Origin: Callorhinchus milii
Taxonomy: Eukaryota
Assembly (NCBI RefSeq): GCF_018977255.1
Contig: NW_024704743.1
Coordinates: 94,304,001 to 94,368,000 of the forward strand
Reading direction: 5' to 3'
DNA: 64,000 nucleotides
Of the stretch, positions 62,967 through 64,000 are shown piece after piece (positions within the stretch are counted from its first letter, which is position 1; each line of letters starts with the position of its first letter). A model generated the notes under the pieces. That model was not told the origin of the DNA. It was given only the letters and a program-made list of their open reading frames with translations, and ran no database searches. Position numbers and translations under genes: made by a program.

Positions 62967-64000
62967 TGCTTTTTAAATGAGTCTGGCTTCAATTTTTTTG
63001 GGTCAGCCAGCATCTGACACATGTGGAAACCGATCACCATGCTTAAAAGTTTCCAAACCAGACTGAGTTCCATACATCCCACCTATTCATTTAAATTCCT
63101 ATGTCTGTTAGGGAATGTACACTCCTTCCCCAGTGCTGTCCTCCCGACGTGAAAGGTGCTCTATAGATGTAAATTTGTTGTTGTTGTTCCGGAGTATTAG
63201 GCACATGTTGTCAAGGGCCAAGGCTTGAGGACCCAAGACTGTGTATTGGGGTACTGCTGGAGTTTAACCAGTTAAACCTGCCAGTGAGAGCACTCTCTGG
63301 CAAGCTTCCCACTACTTTTTCCAGCTAGGATCACTCTTTAGGTATTTCAGGGTTAAAATGAGCTGAGTGATTAGAATTACTGTCCACAATGACTGGTCTA
63401 CCATCCTCACCTGGCTCCACTGGCTCTCCATCCCCCAGAGGATAGAGTTCAAAATCCTCATCTATTTCTCTTCTTTCATTGTATATTTCAATTCCAATGT
63501 TCTCCCTTGTGGCAGATGAGATCACAAGGATCAAAGGCTACCAATTTTCACTGATGCATACATTGGTCTAAACATGGCTAGTGTCAAAAAGCAGGCCAGT
63601 GAGTTTGACGAACTGCTTTCGTATGGTGTAACACCCCATCTAGTGGACAGGCAGGTAAAGGGCAAACCATTTTCTCAATCACAAAATGGATGCAAAAGGT
63701 GTGAGGAGAATGCAGAATGGCACTGACATCCAAACCATAAGCAATGGAAACTATTGTGTTTTTTAAAAAAAAGAGATTGCCGAATCATTATAAGTGAAGC
63801 AGTGAGCATGATGACGTAGTGACTACTGATTCGCTTTGGTTCTGTCTGAATATAAGTGGGAAAGCAAAGACTCGGCTGGCCTTGCTTTCTGTGCAAATGA
63901 GATGCTATTCCAATGTCCTCAGGATTATGAATAGATCTTAAAGTGACCGAGCGACAAATCTATCCAACAATCTTCCTTTTTAAATGAAAAACAAAAATTT

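Overview
This window is vertebrate genomic DNA, not microbial. It has spliceosomal GT-AG exons, a CpG-island promoter and many non-LTR retroelements (CR1, L2, tRNA-headed Deu-domain SINEs, Penelope-like termini). That repeat mix suggests a cartilaginous fish (inference, species not determined). The main feature is the 3' half of an alpha-dystrobrevin gene (DTNA) on the minus strand. I resolved 13 coding exons between 60384 and 19933 with consistent phases, covering the syntrophin-binding region, coiled coils, the 21-nt microexon that also gives the alpha-DB2 end, and the tyrosine-rich alpha-DB1 tail, followed by a ~2 kb repeat-free 3' UTR. A CpG-rich promoter packed with GTCACGTG(AC), CRE and X-box motifs lies at ~10.6-10.95 kb and probably starts the next minus-strand gene (MAPRE2 by synteny only; no coding exon seen). 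I found no evidence of a wholly new gene system. The best leads are: (1) a TSD-flanked Penelope-derived palindrome with two opposed minimal hammerhead ribozyme motifs inside a DTNA intron; (2) an extended DTNA tail built from repeated SY-x-x-TDD tyrosine motifs; (3) candidate extra cassette exons in the syntrophin-binding region; (4) a mosaic SINE family that appears to swap 3' tails with the young L2; (5) an L2 insertion flanked by an inverted 23-bp target duplication. All homology calls are from my recollection of these families, with no database search.
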